The position numbers and the translations under genes are program-made. The notes under the pieces were generated by a model that did no database searches, was not told the origin of the DNA, and was given only the letters and a program-made list of their open reading frames with translations. A stretch of DNA of 31,128 nt from Peduovirus P24E6b, in sequence record NC_049389.1, one strand, 5' to 3'. Shown piece after piece: positions 10,073-18,503 of the stretch; the stretch's first letter is position 1, and each line of letters starts with the position of its first letter.

Positions 10073-10416
10073 CAGCGCGTTATCTCGGAATGAATTGCAG
10101 TGATGGCCTGACTGTCACTGACCTTGAGCATATCAGCCAGAGTATCGGCGATATCCTGCGCACACCGGTCGGCTCGCGGGTGATGCGTCGTGATTACGGC
10201 TCGTTGCTGGCGTCAATGATTGACCAGCCGCAGACCCCGGCGCTTGAGTTGCAGATTAAGGTCGCCTGTTACATGGCGGTGCTGAAATGGGAACCCCGCG
10301 TCACCCTGTCATCCGTCACCACTGAGCGCAGTTTTGACGGGCGAATGACGGTCACGTTAACCGGCCAGCACAACGACACCGGCCAGCCACTTTCGTTAAC
10401 CATCCCTGTGAGTTGA
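10069..10416 (+). CDS. W: baseplate wedge protein, P2 gpW-like
   Basis: 115-aa ORF whose start overlaps the V stop; length and position match P2 W. Confidence 0.8.
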   Translation: MTARYLGMNCSDGLTVTDLEHISQSIGDILRTPVGSRVMRRDYGSLLASMIDQPQTPALELQIKVACYMAVLKWEPRVTLSSVTTERSFDGRMTVTLTGQHNDTGQPLSLTIPVS

Positions 10417-10420
10417 AACC

Positions 10421-11329
10421 ATGCCGATTATCGACCTGAACCAGCTACCCGCACCGGATGTGGTCGAGGAGCTGGACTTTGAAACCATTCTCGCCGAACG
10501 CAAGGCGACACTGATTTCCCTTTACCCGGAAGACCAGCAGGAGGCGGTCGCCCGTACCCTGACGCTGGAATCCGAGCCTCTCGTCAAATTGCTGGAGGAA
10601 AATGCTTATCGTGAGCTTATCTGGCGTCAGCGTGTGAATGAGGCCGCACGGGCGGTGATGCTGGCCTGTGCCGCGGGTAATGACCTTGATGTGATTGGTG
10701 CCAATTACAACACCACGCGTCTGACTATCACCCCGGCAGATGATTCGACTATCCCGCCGACACCGGCAGTGATGGAATCTGATACCGATTATCGTCTGCG
10801 TATTCAGCAGGCGTTTGAAGGTTTAAGCGTCGCCGGGTCGGTGGGTGCCTATCAGTATCATGGCCGCAGTGCTGACGGGCGTGTCGCGGATATCTCTGTC
10901 ACCAGTCCGTCTCCGGCCTGCGTCACCATCTCTGTGCTGTCACGTGAGAATAACGGTGTCGCATCCGAAGACCTGCTGGCGGTGGTGCGTAACGCCCTGA
11001 ATGGCGAGGACGTCAGACCGGTGGCCGACCGCGTGACCGTGCAGTCTGCCGCCATTGTTGAATACCAGATAAACGCCACGCTTTACCTTTACCCTGGTCC
11101 CGAAAGTGAACCCATCCGCGCGGCCGCCGTGAAAAAACTGGAAGCATACATCACGGCACAGCACCGGCTGGGGCGCGACATCCGTCTGTCTGCCATTTAT
11201 GCCGCTTTGCATGTGGAAGGCGTGCAGCGTGTCGAACTGGCCGCACCACTGGCCGACATCGTGCTCAACAGTACGCAGGCGTCTTTCTGCACCGAATACC
11301 GCGTCGTGACCGGAGGCTCGGATGAGTGA
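10421..11329 (+). CDS. J: baseplate wedge protein, P2 gpJ-like
   Basis: 302-aa ORF; position and size match P2 J. Confidence 0.8.
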   Translation: MPIIDLNQLPAPDVVEELDFETILAERKATLISLYPEDQQEAVARTLTLESEPLVKLLEENAYRELIWRQRVNEAARAVMLACAAGNDLDVIGANYNTTRLTITPADDSTIPPTPAVMESDTDYRLRIQQAFEGLSVAGSVGAYQYHGRSADGRVADISVTSPSPACVTISVLSRENNGVASEDLLAVVRNALNGEDVRPVADRVTVQSAAIVEYQINATLYLYPGPESEPIRAAAVKKLEAYITAQHRLGRDIRLSAIYAALHVEGVQRVELAAPLADIVLNSTQASFCTEYRVVTGGSDE

Positions 11330-11852
11330 TTCGCGACTGCTGCCGACCGGCTCATCACCGCTTGAAGTTGCTGCCGCAAAAGCCTGTGCGGAAATTGAAA
11401 AAACGCCGGTCAGGATTCGTGAGCTGTGGAACCCGGACACCTGCCCGGCAAATTTGCTGCCGTGGCTGGCATGGGCGTTTTCGGTCGACAGGTGGGATGA
11501 AAAGTGGCCGGAAGCGACAAAACGCGCCGTTATTCGCGATGCCTATTTCATCCACTGTCATAAAGGCACTATAGGCGCAATCCGGCGTGTGGTGGAGCCG
11601 CTCGGCTATCTCATTAACGTAAAGGAATGGTGGGAGACAAACGACCCGCCCGGCACCTTTCGCCTTGATATCGGTGTGCTGGAAAGCGGCATCACGGAGG
11701 AGATGTATCTGGAAATGGAACGGCTGATTGCCGATGCCAAACCCGCAAGTCGCCACCTTATCGGTCTGAACATTATCCAGGACATTCCCGGCTATCTGTA
11801 TACAGGCGGTGTGGTCTGTGATGGTGATGTTATTACTGTTTATCCCGGATAA
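11322..11852 (+). CDS. I: baseplate protein, P2 gpI-like
   Basis: 176-aa ORF overlapping the J stop; position and size match P2 I. Confidence 0.8.
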   Translation: MSDSRLLPTGSSPLEVAAAKACAEIEKTPVRIRELWNPDTCPANLLPWLAWAFSVDRWDEKWPEATKRAVIRDAYFIHCHKGTIGAIRRVVEPLGYLINVKEWWETNDPPGTFRLDIGVLESGITEEMYLEMERLIADAKPASRHLIGLNIIQDIPGYLYTGGVVCDGDVITVYPG

Positions 11853-11862
11853 GTGAGAAACA

Positions 11863-14622
11863 ATGAGCACGAAATTTAAAACCGTTATCACTACTGCCGG
11901 AGCCGCAAAGCTGGCTGCCGCCACTGTCCCCGGCGGGAAAAAAGTAAACCTGTCTGCAATGGCCGTGGGTGACGGTAATGGCAAATTACCGGTGCCGGAT
12001 GCCGGTCAGACGAAACTGGTGCATGAGGTCTGGCGTCACGCTCTGAATAAAGTCAGTGTGGATAATAAGAATAAAAACTATATTGTGGCTGAACTGGTTG
12101 TTCCGCCAGAAGTGGGCGGCTTCTGGATGCGTGAGCTTGGTCTGTATGACGATGCCGGAACACTGATTGCGGTATCCAACATGGCAGAAAGCTATAAGCC
12201 AGAACTGGCTGAAGGCTCCGGACGTGCGCAGACCTGCCGCATGGTTATTATTCTCAGCAACGTGGCGTCCGTTGAGCTGAGTATTGATGCCAGCACAGTG
12301 ATGGCTACGCAGGATTACGTCGATGACAAAATCGCAGAGCATGAGCAGTCCCGCCGCCATCCTGACGCCACGCTGACAGAAAAAGGTTTTACTCAGTTAA
12401 GCAGTGCAACAAACAGCACCAGTGAAAAGCTGGCGGCAACGCCAAAAGCGGTCAAGGCTGCGAATGACAACGCAAATTCACGTCTGGCGAAAAATCAGAA
12501 CGGTGCAGATATCCAGGATAAATCAGCTTTTCTGGACAATGTTGGCGTTACCAGCCTGACGTTTATGAAAAACAATGGCGAAATGCCGCTTGATGCTGAT
12601 CTGAATACGTTTGGTCCTGTTAAGGCTTATTCAGGTATCTGGTCTAAAGCAACATCCACCAACGCAACACTGGAGAAAAATTTCCCGGAAGATAATGCTG
12701 TCGGTGTGCTTGAGGTTTTTGCTGCCGGCAATTTTGCAGGTACGCAACGCTTTACCACGAGAGACGGCAATGTATACATGCGTAAACTCGCCAATAGGTG
12801 GAATGGCACTGATGGTCCGTGGGGCGTATGGCGTCACACTCAATCTGCTACCCGCCCTTTGAGTACGACTATAGACCTGAATACGCTTGGAGCCGCCGAG
12901 CATCTTGGTTTATGGCGTAACAGTAGCTCAGCTATAGCTTCATATGAACGCAATTATCCAGAGGAAGGCGGCTTTGCTCAGGGGATGCTTGAGATCCTCG
13001 AAGGCGGAAATTATGGAAGAACGCAACGTTATACCACTCGCCGTGGAAATATGTATGTCCGCTGTCTTGCGGCAAGCTGGGATGCATCAAATCCGCAGTG
13101 GGAACCGTGGTTAAGAGTCGGTCATCAGTCAGAGAGTCGTTATTACGAAGGTGATTTAAATGTTCTAACCGACCCCGGTATTTACAGTGTTACAGGAAAG
13201 GCAACAAACGGTCCGATGCTGGACACCGTTGGCGCGACACTACTTGGGATACTGGAAGTAATCAGACGTTTTGATGGTGTGTCTGTCTGGCAGCGTTACA
13301 CAACCACAGGGAAATCAGAAACCACACAGGGACGCACTTTTGAGCGCGTCTACGCCGGGAGCAAATGGACCGAATGGCGAGAAGTATATAACTCCTTTTC
13401 GTTGCCTCTGAATCTGGGCATCGGTGGCGCAGTGGCAAAACTATCCAGTCTGGACTGGCAGACCTACGATTTTGTGCCGGGCAGTCTGATAACCGTGCGG
13501 CTTGATAACATGACCAACATTCCCGACGGTATGGACTGGGGCGTCATTGATGGCAACCTGATAAACATCGCAGTTGGTCCGAGTGATGATTCCGGTACGG
13601 GGCGCTCAATGCATGTATGGCGCAGCACTGTAAGTAAAGCGAACTACCGCTTTTTTATGGTGCGTATTTCAGGAAATCCGGGAAGCCGCACGATCACGAC
13701 AAGACGTGTGCCAATTATCGACGAAGCTCAGACATGGGGCGCGAAACAGACATTCAGTGCTGGCCTTTCTGGTGAACTGTCCGGCAATGCGGCGACAGCA
13801 ACAAAGCTGAAAACAGCCCGTAAAATTAATAACGTTTCGTTTGATGGAACATCAGATATTAACTTGACGCCGAAAAATATTGGTGCATTTGCTTCAGGAA
13901 AAACAGGAGACACCGTTGCGAATGATAAAGCCGTTGGGTGGAACTGGAGTAGCGGAGCCTATAACGCAACTACTGGTGGGGCATCAACGTTAATTCTTCA
14001 TTTTAATATCGGTGAAGGAAGTTGTCCCGCCGCCCAGTTCCGCGTTAATTATAAGAACGGCGGTATTTTTTATCGTTCTGCTCGTGACGGTTACGGATTC
14101 GAGGCTGACTGGTCTGAGTTTTATACCACAACGCGAAAACCTACAGCGGGAGATGTCGGTGCACTGCCGTTATCTGGTGGTCAATTGAATGGTGCTCTGG
14201 GTATAGGAACATCCAGTGCTCTTGGCGGTAATTCGATTGTTTTGGGTGATAATGACACGGGCTTTAAACAAAATGGTGATGGTAATCTGGATGTTTATGC
14301 TAATAGCGTCCATATTATGCGCTTTGTCTCGGGAAGTATTCAAAGTAATAAAACCATAAATATTACGGGGCGTGTTAATCCCTCGGATTACGGTAACTTT
14401 GATTCCCGCTATGTCCGGGATATCCGGCTTGGTGGTGCTGCCACATACAAACCTGCGAACAATGGCATGACATGGACACATCAGGCACCGTCCGGGTGTG
14501 TATATTCCGGCATTATTGTTCAGGATACCGGCTCAAACTCTGCCGATAACATTGGTGGTGTATATTACAGGCCGGTTCAGAAATACATTAACGGGACATG
14601 GTATAACGTGGCGCAGGTATAA
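11863..14622 (+). CDS. H: tail fiber protein, P2 gpH-like with mosaic central/distal region
   Basis: 919 aa. N-terminal ~190 aa and C-terminal ~150 aa (ALGGNSIVLGDNDTGFKQNGDG..., ...YINGTWYNVAQV) resemble P2 H as I recall. The central part is lower GC and contains three tandem ~80-aa repeats. Confidence 0.85.
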   Translation: MSTKFKTVITTAGAAKLAAATVPGGKKVNLSAMAVGDGNGKLPVPDAGQTKLVHEVWRHALNKVSVDNKNKNYIVAELVVPPEVGGFWMRELGLYDDAGTLIAVSNMAESYKPELAEGSGRAQTCRMVIILSNVASVELSIDASTVMATQDYVDDKIAEHEQSRRHPDATLTEKGFTQLSSATNSTSEKLAATPKAVKAANDNANSRLAKNQNGADIQDKSAFLDNVGVTSLTFMKNNGEMPLDADLNTFGPVKAYSGIWSKATSTNATLEKNFPEDNAVGVLEVFAAGNFAGTQRFTTRDGNVYMRKLANRWNGTDGPWGVWRHTQSATRPLSTTIDLNTLGAAEHLGLWRNSSSAIASYERNYPEEGGFAQGMLEILEGGNYGRTQRYTTRRGNMYVRCLAASWDASNPQWEPWLRVGHQSESRYYEGDLNVLTDPGIYSVTGKATNGPMLDTVGATLLGILEVIRRFDGVSVWQRYTTTGKSETTQGRTFERVYAGSKWTEWREVYNSFSLPLNLGIGGAVAKLSSLDWQTYDFVPGSLITVRLDNMTNIPDGMDWGVIDGNLINIAVGPSDDSGTGRSMHVWRSTVSKANYRFFMVRISGNPGSRTITTRRVPIIDEAQTWGAKQTFSAGLSGELSGNAATATKLKTARKINNVSFDGTSDINLTPKNIGAFASGKTGDTVANDKAVGWNWSSGAYNATTGGASTLILHFNIGEGSCPAAQFRVNYKNGGIFYRSARDGYGFEADWSEFYTTTRKPTAGDVGALPLSGGQLNGALGIGTSSALGGNSIVLGDNDTGFKQNGDGNLDVYANSVHIMRFVSGSIQSNKTINITGRVNPSDYGNFDSRYVRDIRLGGAATYKPANNGMTWTHQAPSGCVYSGIIVQDTGSNSADNIGGVYYRPVQKYINGTWYNVAQV

Positions 14623-14625
14623 TTT

Positions 14626-15153
14626 ATGCAGCATTTAAAAAATATTACGGCGGGTAATCCAAAAACGGTTGAACAATATCAATTGACAAAGGGTTTTGAT
14701 GTTGTCTGGTTTTTTTCAGAAGATGGTAAGAACTGGTACGAAGAACAAAAGTATTTTGCTGATGACACGATAAAAATAGCGTACGACAAAGATAATATTA
14801 TCCGCTATGTGGAAAAGGATGTGACAGCTATCAGACCGGATGGATTAAGTGTTGTTGAAGTGGCGGATATTACTGCTAACCGACGGGCGGACATTTCAGG
14901 GGGCTGGATGTTTAAGGACGGCAAAGTGATTAAACGCATTTATACGGCAGAGGAATTGCTGCAGCAGGCAGAAAACCGGAAAGCCAGACTTCTTGCAGAT
15001 GCTGAATCCGTGATTTTGCCGCTGGAGCGCGCGGTCAGACTGAACATGGCAACAGATGAGGAGCGTAGCCGACTGGATGCATGGGAGCGTTACAGCGTTC
15101 TGGTCAGTCGTGTGGATCCTGCAAATCCTGAATGGCCGGAAATGCCGCAATAA
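14626..15153 (+). CDS. G: tail fiber assembly (chaperone) protein, P2 gpG-like
   Basis: 175-aa ORF immediately after the tail fiber gene; size and position match P2 G. Confidence 0.8.
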   Translation: MQHLKNITAGNPKTVEQYQLTKGFDVVWFFSEDGKNWYEEQKYFADDTIKIAYDKDNIIRYVEKDVTAIRPDGLSVVEVADITANRRADISGGWMFKDGKVIKRIYTAEELLQQAENRKARLLADAESVILPLERAVRLNMATDEERSRLDAWERYSVLVSRVDPANPEWPEMPQ

Positions 15154-15374
15154 GTTGTATGATCTCTGGAGTGAGCAAACATATCTATGGCACAGAGTAA
15201 AGCCTAATCTGACAGGCCGCTCTGTGTCTGGAGTAGATTTTAGTAAAGCATTATTTTATTAGTGCAAATTCTAATCAATACATTTTATGTATATGATATC
15301 CTGCAGACTTTAATGACTTGGTTTAGGCTAACCAGATAACACTGAAGGAATATTTTTGATAATTAAGGTGCGGT

Positions 15375-15968
15375 ATGTTTACTAAGCGACGATTAAAAAA
15401 TATTAACTGGGAGGCAAGTTCAGTGATTCTTGCCATGGTTCTCTTTGTTGGAAATATATTTTATACAAATCATCGTGATGATATAAGCATGGAGGCTGAG
15501 AGGGACAGTATCAGAACAATGTTTGCATATGAAATCGCTAATAACCATCGCGCTCTCACTTTTCTTGATAAAACGAGATATATTGGCTTTGACGAAAATT
15601 CGGAGCATTTTGTTGGCGAGCCTTTTGCCATTAATGTCAAATCATTAGGGGGGCCTCGCTTACAGATTGCATTAAACCAGACTGATAAAGTGTTTAAATC
15701 CTACTTCAGCGAATTAAGTAAGCTTGATAAAGAGGATGTTACTCTTCTTATGGACTATTACCATGAGCAAAGCATCCTGCTGGAGCGTGTAAAATCTACG
15801 TTACAGAAGATGAAAAGTGGTAATGATATTAAAGTTGATATTGATGGTTACTTATTAGAAGAACACTTCATGAATGAGCTTAATCTTTCTAATATTTTGC
15901 TTAAACGCTATAGCCATTTGTTGTCACAACACGCCAAAGAACATAAAACAAAAGATTTACATAATTGA
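15375..15968 (+). CDS. hypothetical membrane-anchored protein encoded in AT-rich cargo at the P2 Z/fun position
   Basis: 197-aa ORF with AAGGTG Shine-Dalgarno 5 nt upstream; N-terminal hydrophobic segment (SVILAMVLFVGNIFY), then a charged, probably helical soluble domain. Surrounded by AT-rich non-coding DNA unlike the backbone. No recognisable family from sequence alone. Confidence 0.6.
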   Translation: MFTKRRLKNINWEASSVILAMVLFVGNIFYTNHRDDISMEAERDSIRTMFAYEIANNHRALTFLDKTRYIGFDENSEHFVGEPFAINVKSLGGPRLQIALNQTDKVFKSYFSELSKLDKEDVTLLMDYYHEQSILLERVKSTLQKMKSGNDIKVDIDGYLLEEHFMNELNLSNILLKRYSHLLSQHAKEHKTKDLHN

Positions 15969-16174
15969 TAATCTGCTAATGGTTATTCATGGGGTAACTA
16001 TGTTTTATATGTAATCCAACTCAGATGAATTATTGATTCTGGATAATAACCGCAGAGCGGCATATACCCTGACAGGCAAATGTCCGCTTCTTGTTCAAAG
16101 CAGACCGTCAGATTTGATAACTTTTGGGCTATGTAAATTGTCAGTCGGAAAATGAGTGAGTTCAAATCAGGACA

Positions 16175-16197
16175 GGCGGGCGAATTGCCCGCCTTTT
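16175..16197 (+). terminator. rho-independent terminator downstream of the cargo gene
   Basis: GGCGGGC-gaatt-GCCCGCC perfect 7-bp GC-rich stem followed by TTTTCTTT. Confidence 0.7.
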
Positions 16198-16297
16198 CTT
16201 TATCTGTTGTTTCATCCACTGACCAGCCAGGTCAAATAGCGTCTCATGCTCTGCACAACAGAAAATAGTTGCACCCATTAACCACGGAGTTAAACGG

Positions 16298-17488
16298 ATG
16301 AGTGACTATCATCACGGCGTGCAGGTGCTGGAGATTAACGACGGCACCCGCGTCATTTCCACCGTATCCACTGCCATTGTCGGCATGATCTGCACGGCCA
16401 GCGATGCGGATGCGGAAACCTTCCCCCTCAATAAACCTGTGCTGATTACCAATGTGCAGAGCGCAATTGCAAAGGCCGGTAAAAAAGGCACGCTGGCGGC
16501 ATCGTTGCAGGCCATCGCAGACCAGTCAAAACCGGTCACCGTTGTCGTGCGCGTGGAAGACGGCACCGGTGATGACGAGGAAACGAAACTCGCGCAGACC
16601 GTTTCCAATATCATCGGCACCACCGACGAAAACGGTCAGTATACCGGACTGAAAGCCCTGCTGGCGGCAGAGTCGGTAACCGGTGTTAAACCGCGTATTC
16701 TCGGCGTGCCGGGACTGGATACCAAAGAGGTGGCTGTTGCACTGGCATCAGTCTGTCAGAAGCTGCGCGCTTTCGGGTATATCAGCGCATGGGGCTGTAA
16801 AACCATTTCCGAGGTGAAAGCTTACCGCCAGAATTTCAGCCAGCGTGAGCTGATGGTCATCTGGCCGGATTTCCTCGCATGGGATACTGTCACCAGTACC
16901 ACCGCCACCGCGTATGCCACCGCCCGTGCGCTGGGGCTGCGCGCTAAAATCGACCAGGAGCAGGGCTGGCATAAAACGCTGTCCAATGTCGGGGTGAACG
17001 GTGTTACCGGCATCAGCGCATCTGTATTCTGGGATTTGCAGGAGTCCGGCACCGATGCTGACCTGCTTAACGAGTCAGGCGTCACAACGCTGATTCGCCG
17101 TGACGGTTTCCGGTTCTGGGGTAACCGTACCTGCTCTGATGACCCGCTGTTCCTCTTTGAAAACTACACCCGCACCGCGCAGGTGCTGGCCGACACGATG
17201 GCTGAGGCGCACATGTGGGCGGTGGACAAGCCCATCACCGCAACGCTGATTCGCGACATCGTTGACGGCATCAATGCCAAATTCCGTGAGCTGAAAACAA
17301 ACGGCTATATCGTGGATGCGACCTGCTGGTTCAGCGAAGAATCCAACGATGCGGAAACCCTCAAGGCCGGAAAACTGTATATCGACTACGACTATACCCC
17401 GGTGCCTCCTCTCGAAAACCTGACCCTGCGCCAGCGTATTACCGATAAATACCTGGCAAATCTGGTCACCTCGGTTAACAGCAATTAA
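16298..17488 (+). CDS. FI: contractile tail sheath protein, P2 gpFI-like
   Basis: 396-aa ORF heading the FI-FII-E-T-U-D block; length matches P2 FI. Confidence 0.85.
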   Translation: MSDYHHGVQVLEINDGTRVISTVSTAIVGMICTASDADAETFPLNKPVLITNVQSAIAKAGKKGTLAASLQAIADQSKPVTVVVRVEDGTGDDEETKLAQTVSNIIGTTDENGQYTGLKALLAAESVTGVKPRILGVPGLDTKEVAVALASVCQKLRAFGYISAWGCKTISEVKAYRQNFSQRELMVIWPDFLAWDTVTSTTATAYATARALGLRAKIDQEQGWHKTLSNVGVNGVTGISASVFWDLQESGTDADLLNESGVTTLIRRDGFRFWGNRTCSDDPLFLFENYTRTAQVLADTMAEAHMWAVDKPITATLIRDIVDGINAKFRELKTNGYIVDATCWFSEESNDAETLKAGKLYIDYDYTPVPPLENLTLRQRITDKYLANLVTSVNSN

Positions 17489-17500
17489 GGAGCCTGACCG

Positions 17501-18019
17501 ATGGCAATGCCGCGCAAACTCAAGTTAATGAACGTCTTTCTGAACGGCTACAGCTATCAGGGCGTTGCAAAGTCCGTCACGCTGCCAAAACTGACCCGTA
17601 AGCTTGAAAACTATCGCGGTGCGGGGATGAACGGCAGCGCACCGGTAGACCTCGGCCTTGATGACGATGCGCTGTCAATGGAGTGGTCGCTCGGGGGCTT
17701 CCCGGATTCGGTTATCTGGGAGCTTTACGCCGCAACCGGTGTGGATGCCGTGCCGATTCGTTTTGCCGGCTCTTACCAGCGCGACGATACCGGCGAAACG
17801 GTGGCCGTCGAGGTGGTCATGCGTGGCCGTCAGAAAGAAATCGACACCGGCGAGGGTAAACAGGGAGAAGACACCGAGTCGAAAATCTCCGTGGTCTGCA
17901 CCTATTTCCGGCTGACGATGGACGGTAAGGAGCTGGTCGAAATCGACACCATCAACATGATTGAGAAGGTGAACGGCGTCGACCGGCTGGAGCAACACCG
18001 CCGAAATATCGGCCTGTGA
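17501..18019 (+). CDS. FII: tail tube protein, P2 gpFII-like
   Basis: 172-aa ORF directly after the sheath gene; length matches P2 FII. Confidence 0.85.
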   Translation: MAMPRKLKLMNVFLNGYSYQGVAKSVTLPKLTRKLENYRGAGMNGSAPVDLGLDDDALSMEWSLGGFPDSVIWELYAATGVDAVPIRFAGSYQRDDTGETVAVEVVMRGRQKEIDTGEGKQGEDTESKISVVCTYFRLTMDGKELVEIDTINMIEKVNGVDRLEQHRRNIGL

Positions 18020-18075
18020 TTTTCATCCGGTCAGCCTGGCTGACCGGTTAACCCTGATTCAGAAGTGAGAAAACC

Positions 18076-18351
18076 ATGAACAAAGAAAATGTCATTACCC
18101 TGGACAATCCGGTCAAGCGTGGTGAGCAGGTTATCGAACAGGTCACGCTGATGAAACCCAGTGCGGGGACGCTGCGCGGTGTCAGTCTGGCTGCGGTCGC
18201 AAACTCAGAAGTCGATGCACTGATTAAGGTGCTGCCGCGCATGACGGCACCGATGCTGACCGAGCAGGAAGTCGCCGCGCTGGAACTGCCTGACCTTGTG
18301 GCGCTGGCCGGTAAGGTGGTCGGTTTTTTGTCGCCGAACTCGGTGCAGTAA
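18076..18351 (+). CDS. E: tail assembly chaperone, P2 gpE-like
   Basis: 91-aa ORF upstream of the tape measure gene, ending just after a TTTTTTG slippery heptamer. Confidence 0.8.
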   Translation: MNKENVITLDNPVKRGEQVIEQVTLMKPSAGTLRGVSLAAVANSEVDALIKVLPRMTAPMLTEQEVAALELPDLVALAGKVVGFLSPNSVQ

Positions 18352-18503
18352 CGTTCCCGAAAAATCTGTCGGTCGATGACCTGATGGCGGATGTGGCAGT
18401 GATATTTCACTGGCCGCCATCAGAACTGTATCCCATGAGCCTGACCGAACTCATCACATGGCGCGAAAAGGCGCTCCGGCGAAGCGGAAACACGAATGAG
18501 TAA
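18076..18503 (+). CDS. E': tail assembly chaperone frameshift product E+E' (programmed -1 frameshift)
   Basis: Slippery heptamer T_TTT_TTG at 18324-18330 in the zero frame of E. After a -1 shift the frame stays open to a TAA at 18501-18503, overlapping the T start at 18496; translated extension ...VAELGAVTFPKNLSVDDLMADVAVIFHWPPSELYPMSLTELITWREKALRRSGNTNE. Confidence 0.75.

Noticed and set aside
15181-15235. Inverted repeat cacagag...ctctgtg downstream of G
   Set aside because: Short 7-bp arms with a roughly 30-nt loop and no following T-run; too weak to call a terminator or operator.
15998-16219. 73-aa minus-strand ORF in the G-FI cargo interval
   Set aside because: Spans the strong plus-strand terminator hairpin and has no convincing start context; more likely non-coding.
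16201-16297. Search for a P2-type late promoter element (TGT-N12-ACA) upstream of FI
   Set aside because: No exact TGT-N12-ACA found by eye in this interval (only a TGCAC...TGCAC direct repeat), so no late promoter was annotated; a scan of all four expected late promoter regions would be needed.
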